Source of the DNA: Centroscyllium fabricii
Taxonomy: Eukaryota
DNA length: 64,000 bases
NCBI GenBank assembly: GCA_051313645.2
Contig: JBNRSN020000001.1
Coordinates: 260,896,001 to 260,960,000 of the forward strand
Direction: 5' to 3'
Part shown: piece by piece, positions 60,043-64,000 of the stretch
How positions within the stretch are numbered: position 1 is the first letter of the stretch
How the letters are laid out: the number at the start of each line of letters is the position of its first letter
Translations under genes and position numbers: made by a program
Notes under the pieces: generated by a model
What the model was told of the DNA's origin: nothing
The model's database searches: none
Seen by the model: the letters and a program-made list of their open reading frames with translations, nothing else

Positions 60043-63000
60043 TGTGGTGATATTGGCTATAACACCAACTATGTGTATGTACATGCCTTAGGGCGTGTCT
60101 ACTCTTGCCCAGCCAGACTTGGGAGACCTGTACCTGGAGGACCTCGGGTAGGCCACGCCTCTGACCCTGGGGGTATAAAGGTCAGCACTCGTGGGTTCTG
60201 ACCTCCTCTCTACTGTACTGTACTAACGATACCTGTGATCCCTTACGCTTGTTCTAAGTTTATTAAAGCCTATGTTAACTCGCTCTCTGACTCAAGTAAT
60301 TGATGGTATCAATTTAATAAACTTAGATCGTCGCTAAAATCCAAAAATGGACCGAATTCTGGCTGTCCCGATCTTGGAAATTGATGCGACTGCTCCCGAT
60401 GCCGAACGCCGGTATAAACACTGGGAACAACAGCTAAGGAGCTATATCGACGAAGTGAAAGAGACCGCTTCAACTGATCAGCAGAAGAGCCGAATTCTAC
60501 ACTGCAGAATCAGTGCTGACCATTACCACCTCATCGAAGGGGAGTCAGATTACGAACAGGCCATGAAGAAGCTGAAAGAACACTTTGTGCCAGCAGCCAA
60601 CGCTGTTCACTTAAGGCACTTGTTGACTCAGAGGGCCCAGAGCGCCGAGGAACCGGGCGCCAAATTCGTGAAAGAAATTTGTGCGCTGACCCGAGATTGC
60701 GCCCCTGGCCCCCTGACGGCGGACGAACACTACAACGAACTGGCACTGGACGCTCTGGTAAGAGGGGTATACTCCCCATATATCAGGGCCCGACTGCTAG
60801 AACGGGATGAGCTAACGTTAAAAGAAGCAGCCTCCCTGATTGTAAATCTGGACAATGCAGATCGGAGATCCACCACGTATGGCTAACCAAGCGCGCCTAC
60901 GTGGGCATCCCCAGCCCCAACTCCTACCCCAGCGCTAACGGCAGCGGCAGGAAGAAGCAGGCCTGAAACCAACCAAAAGTGTTTCTTTTGCGGAAAAGCT
61001 AGGCACTCTAGACTGCGCTGCCCAGCCAAAGATGCTACGTGCTCGGGGTGTGGAAAGAAGGGGCACTATGCCGCGATGTGCCGCGCAACAGGGCAGAAAA
61101 AGAAGGCAGCCCCCATCTGCAGCGGAGCGAGAGCGGCACCACGTTCCTACTACACGGAGGTAGATGACCGCGAGGGAGCACCACGAGGCGGCGGCCATCT
61201 TGAGGCCACAGCTAGGAGGAGCGGCCATCTTAGTTCATTACCACGAGGCAGCGGCCATTTTGAGGCCACAGCTAGGAGGAGCGGCCATCTTAGTTTATCA
61301 CCACGAGGCAGCGGCCATTTTGAGAGTCTTCGACTTGACTCCGACCCCGAATATTCGGATGAAGACGACTCATCAACCGTGCTGGCGTCCATCACTTTGG
61401 ACCAATCAAAACCCCATGAACTGCAGAAATCAATGATGGACGTCCAGGTAAACGGACAAAACTGTAACTGTTTATTTGATACGGGTAGTACTGATAGTTT
61501 TATTTCCCCCGAGACTGCTGACCGTCTTCACCTGTCGATCCGCCCCTGTTTAAAACGCATCGCCTTGGCGGCGGACTCAGAATCGGCGCAGGCCGTGGGG
61601 TGTTGCGTAGTATCACTTGTAGTTCGCGGGGTAAAATACTGTAATTTTAAACTGTTTGTGTTACCCCACTTGTGCGCCCCTGTGTTATTGGGGCTCGATT
61701 TCCAGAGCCACCTGCAGAGTGTCACCTTGGCATACGGCGGCCCTCTCCCACCCCTGACGGTCGAGTCGAGTACCCCCCGTGAGCGCCCGCTTTGTGGGCT
61801 CACCACTTTACGGATCTCACCCCCGAAACTGTTCGCGAACCTCACGCCGGACTGCGCACCGATTGCCTCAAAGAGCAGGCGGTATAGTGCTGCAGACCGG
61901 GCGTTTATTGGCACCGAGGTGAAGCGACTGTTGGCAGAGGGGGTGATTGAAGCCAGCCGCAGCCCCTGGAGGGCCCAAGTAGTAGTGGTAAAGACGGGGG
62001 AGAAGAACAGGATGGTGGTCGACTACAGTCAGACCATAAACCGGTTTACACTCCTCGATGCGTACCCCCTTCCCCGGATCTCGGACATGGTAAATGAAAT
62101 TGCCCAATACAAAGTCTATTCGACTATAGACCTTAAAGCGGCATATCACCAGGTCCCAATCCTCAGAGAGGAGCGCCCCTATACCGCTTTCGAAGCGGAT
62201 GGTCGCCTCTATCAGTTCCTTCGGGTTCCCTTCGGAGTGACGAACGGAGTGTCCGTCTTCCAGAGGGAAATGGATAGAATGGTAGACGAACACGGGCTCA
62301 GGGCCACCTTTCCCTATCTAGATAACGTCACTATCTGCGGCCACTCGGACGAGGACCACGACGAGAACCTCGCTAAATTTTTGAAAACAGCCAAATCCCT
62401 GAATTTGACCTACAACAAAGAAAAATGTGTTTTCCGCACCAGACGCCTGGCTATTTTGGGCTGTGTGGTGGAAAACGGGTTAATCGGCCCGGACCCTGAC
62501 CGAATGCGCCCGCTGATTGAGTATCCCCTTCCCAAGACACCCAAAGCTCTAAAGCGGTGCATGGGGCTGTTCGCGTATTACGCGCAGTGGGTCCCGAAAT
62601 TTGCGGACAAAGCCCGGCCTCTGATGCGGGCCACTGTTTTTCCCCTGTCGGCAGCGGCGCTAACGGCTTTTAAGCAACTTAAAGCCGATATAGTAAAAGC
62701 TACAATGTCCGCCATTGATGAGGACGTGCCTTTCCAAGTGGAGAGCGACGCGTCCGACTTCGCCCTGGCGGCGACCCTGAACCAAGCAGGCAGACCCGTT
62801 GCCTTCTTTTCCCGTACCCTCTCGGGCTCGGAAGCACGGCGTTCCTCCGTGGAAAAAGAGGCCCAAGCCATTATCGAAGCGGTGCGCCACTGGAGACACT
62901 ACCTGGCCGGTAGAAAATTTACCCTGCTCACCGATCAGAGGTCGGTAGCATTTATGTTTAGTAACACACAGCGGGGAAAAATTAAGAACGATAAGATCTT

Positions 63001-64000
63001 GAGGTGGAGGATCGAATTGTCCACCTTTAATTATGATATTTTGTACAGGCCAGGTAGACTCAACGAGCCGTCCGATGCACTGTCCCGCGGGACCTGCGCC
63101 AGCGTGCAGGCGGGCAGACTGCAGGCTCTGCATAATAACCTCTGCCACCCGGGGGTCACCCGCTTCTATCATTTTATCAAAGCCCGCAATCTACCGTATA
63201 GTATTGCGGAGGTTAGGGAGATAGTCAGGGATTGTCCGGTCTGTGCGGAATGCAAGCCGCAGTTTTTCCGACCGGACAAGGCACACCTGATTAAGTCCTC
63301 TCGGCCCTTCGAACGCCTTAGTATCGATTTTAAGGGCCCACTCCCGTCCACCGACAGGAATGTCTACTTCCTCACAGTCGTGGACGAATACTCTCGTTTC
63401 CCATTTGCGATACCCTGCACTGATATGACTGCTGCCACAGTCATCAACGCCCTCGCCCCGATATTCGCAATATTCGGCTTCCCCTCATTCATACACTCTG
63501 ACCGGGGGTCTGCTTTTATGAGCGACGAACTGCGCCAGTTCCTACTCGCGAGAGGAATCTCGTCGAGCAGGACAACGAGCTACAACCCCCGGGGCAATGG
63601 CCAAGTAGAGCGCGAGAATGGCACTGTCTGGAAGACGGTCCACCTGGCACTCAGGTCCAGGGGCCTTCCAGCCTCACGCTGGCAGGCGGTTCTCTCGGAC
63701 GCTCTACACGCCGTACGGTCGCTTCTTTGTACAGCGACCAACGCAACGCCGCACGAACGGATGTTTTCCTTCCCCAGGAAGTCCGTCTCGGGGATGTCGC
63801 TGCCGTCGTGGCTAGCCTCCCCGGGCCCAGTACTGTTGCGGCGCCATGTACGGCACTATAAGACCGACCCACTGGTCGACAGGGTACTCCTCCTCCATGC
63901 TAACCCGCAGTACGCCTATGTGGAGTTCCCTGATGGCAGGAAGGACACAGTCTCTATTAAAGACCTGGCGCCCGCAGGCGCCCCTGCGACCACAACTCCG
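60043..64000 (+). mobile_element. Ty3/Gypsy element E (A/C lineage), 5' LTR 60043-60311, runs off the window
   Basis: tgtggtga...gtatca LTR with TATAAA and ATTAAA; Gag starts 60347. Confidence 0.93.
60347..64000 (+). CDS. Single-frame gag-pol of element E, open except for one TAA at 60884-60886
   Basis: Gag ATG, CFFCGKARHSRLRC, CSGCGKKGHYAAMC, LFDTGS, YLDN (62315-62326) and terminal KDLAPAG all in the same frame. Confidence 0.85.

Noticed and set aside
60884-60886. In-frame stop in gag as programmed readthrough
   Set aside because: It lies before the zinc knuckles and the stops in A and C are at other positions, so mutation is more likely

Overview
Eukaryotic, repeat-dominated DNA, most likely from a cartilaginous fish (shark): HE1-type V-SINEs, a DeuSINE, CR1/L2/Rex1 LINEs, Penelope fragments and many DNA-transposon MITEs. 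The host gene is a + strand STAG2-like cohesin subunit that the ORF track misses. Its first five coding exons (23750-23793, 31242-31314, 34672-34836, 45169-45265, 52671-52747) splice in frame to 152 aa. There are five Ty3/Gypsy proviruses (A 7785-12624, B 13918-18332, C 35793-40426, D 57028-59117 minus, E 60043->64000), three TSD-flanked solo LTRs and one interrupted long LTR. B is a conventional tRNA-Trp-primed CsRn1-type element. A, C and E share an unusual package. (1) There is no tRNA PBS; the primer-site position is an 11-15 nt complement of the element's own LTR poly(A)-signal region and co-varies between families. (2) The RT motif is YxDN instead of YxDD. (3) Phased GCCATNTT (YY1-type) arrays in the Gag-PR linker are kept in different reading frames. 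A, C and D also have the PPT enclosed in a conserved hairpin. Family names come from recalled motifs, not database searches, and boundaries of old LINE fragments are approximate.
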